Program-made: the position numbers and the translations under genes
Notes under the pieces: model-generated
What the model was told of the DNA's origin: nothing
Seen by the model: the letters and a program-made list of their open reading frames with translations, nothing else
Databases searched by the model: none
From: Macrostomum lignano
Lineage: Eukaryota
Reading direction: 5' to 3'
Length of the DNA stretch: 39,151 nucleotides
NCBI GenBank assembly: GCA_002269645.1
Contig: NIVC01001803.1
Span: forward strand, 187,050-226,200
Shown: positions 38,851-39,151 of the stretch, piece after piece
How the letters are laid out: every line of letters begins with the position of its first letter
Numbering within the stretch: position 1 is the stretch's first letter

Positions 38851-39151
38851 GTCATAAAAGTACAATTGTCACCTTATTTGAGAGAAAATTCTCGTCAGAT
38901 CTTGTTAACTAATGAACCTAACTGATCTCCGTAAAACCGCAGGCCAGGCCGATCGAGCTTGACCAGCTGACGTGTTTAACAGTCTCTCAAAGCAGTTAAT
39001 TTTCCACTTTTCCACGCGGCTCTCCTCCCAGGGGCCGGCCGCGTCCAGGGGCCGGAGGGTGGGACAGTTGCCAAGGACGCGCTCTAATAATTCATCCAGG
39101 GAGATTCTGCACTCCCTTCCATCCTCCAGGGCGCTTGGGGTTGAGCTCGCA

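Overview
This is eukaryotic (metazoan) genomic DNA, not prokaryotic. It has GT-AG introns, poly-Ala/Gln/Gly-rich exons and introns filled with tandem repeats; the style suggests a flatworm such as Macrostomum, but that is inference only. Three genes can be reconstructed by hand with phase-consistent splice sites. (1) Minus strand, 786..12367, 7 exons: a scaffold with an N-terminal harmonin-homology (HHD/HN-like) domain, a long low-complexity middle, a poly-Pro stretch and one C-terminal PDZ domain (whirlin/harmonin/PDZD7/delphilin-like), with one apparent frameshift at a (GGGTC)3 repeat. (2) Plus strand, 15809..18622: an intronless 937-aa coiled-coil + FN3 + SH3 protein related to RIMS-binding proteins. 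(3) Minus strand, 21747..38449: 15 exons of a RasGRF orthologue (DH-PH2-REM-CDC25); its 5' exons lie beyond the window, and it carries five single-base deletions that look like long-read consensus errors. Most RasGRF introns in the right third of the window hold a different micro- or minisatellite, and two of these arrays are built from the splice site itself (one from a donor, one from an acceptor). RTE-type LINE 3' remnants and short dispersed repeats also occur. No tRNA, rRNA or CRISPR array was seen. All comparisons to known proteins are from memory, not from database searches.
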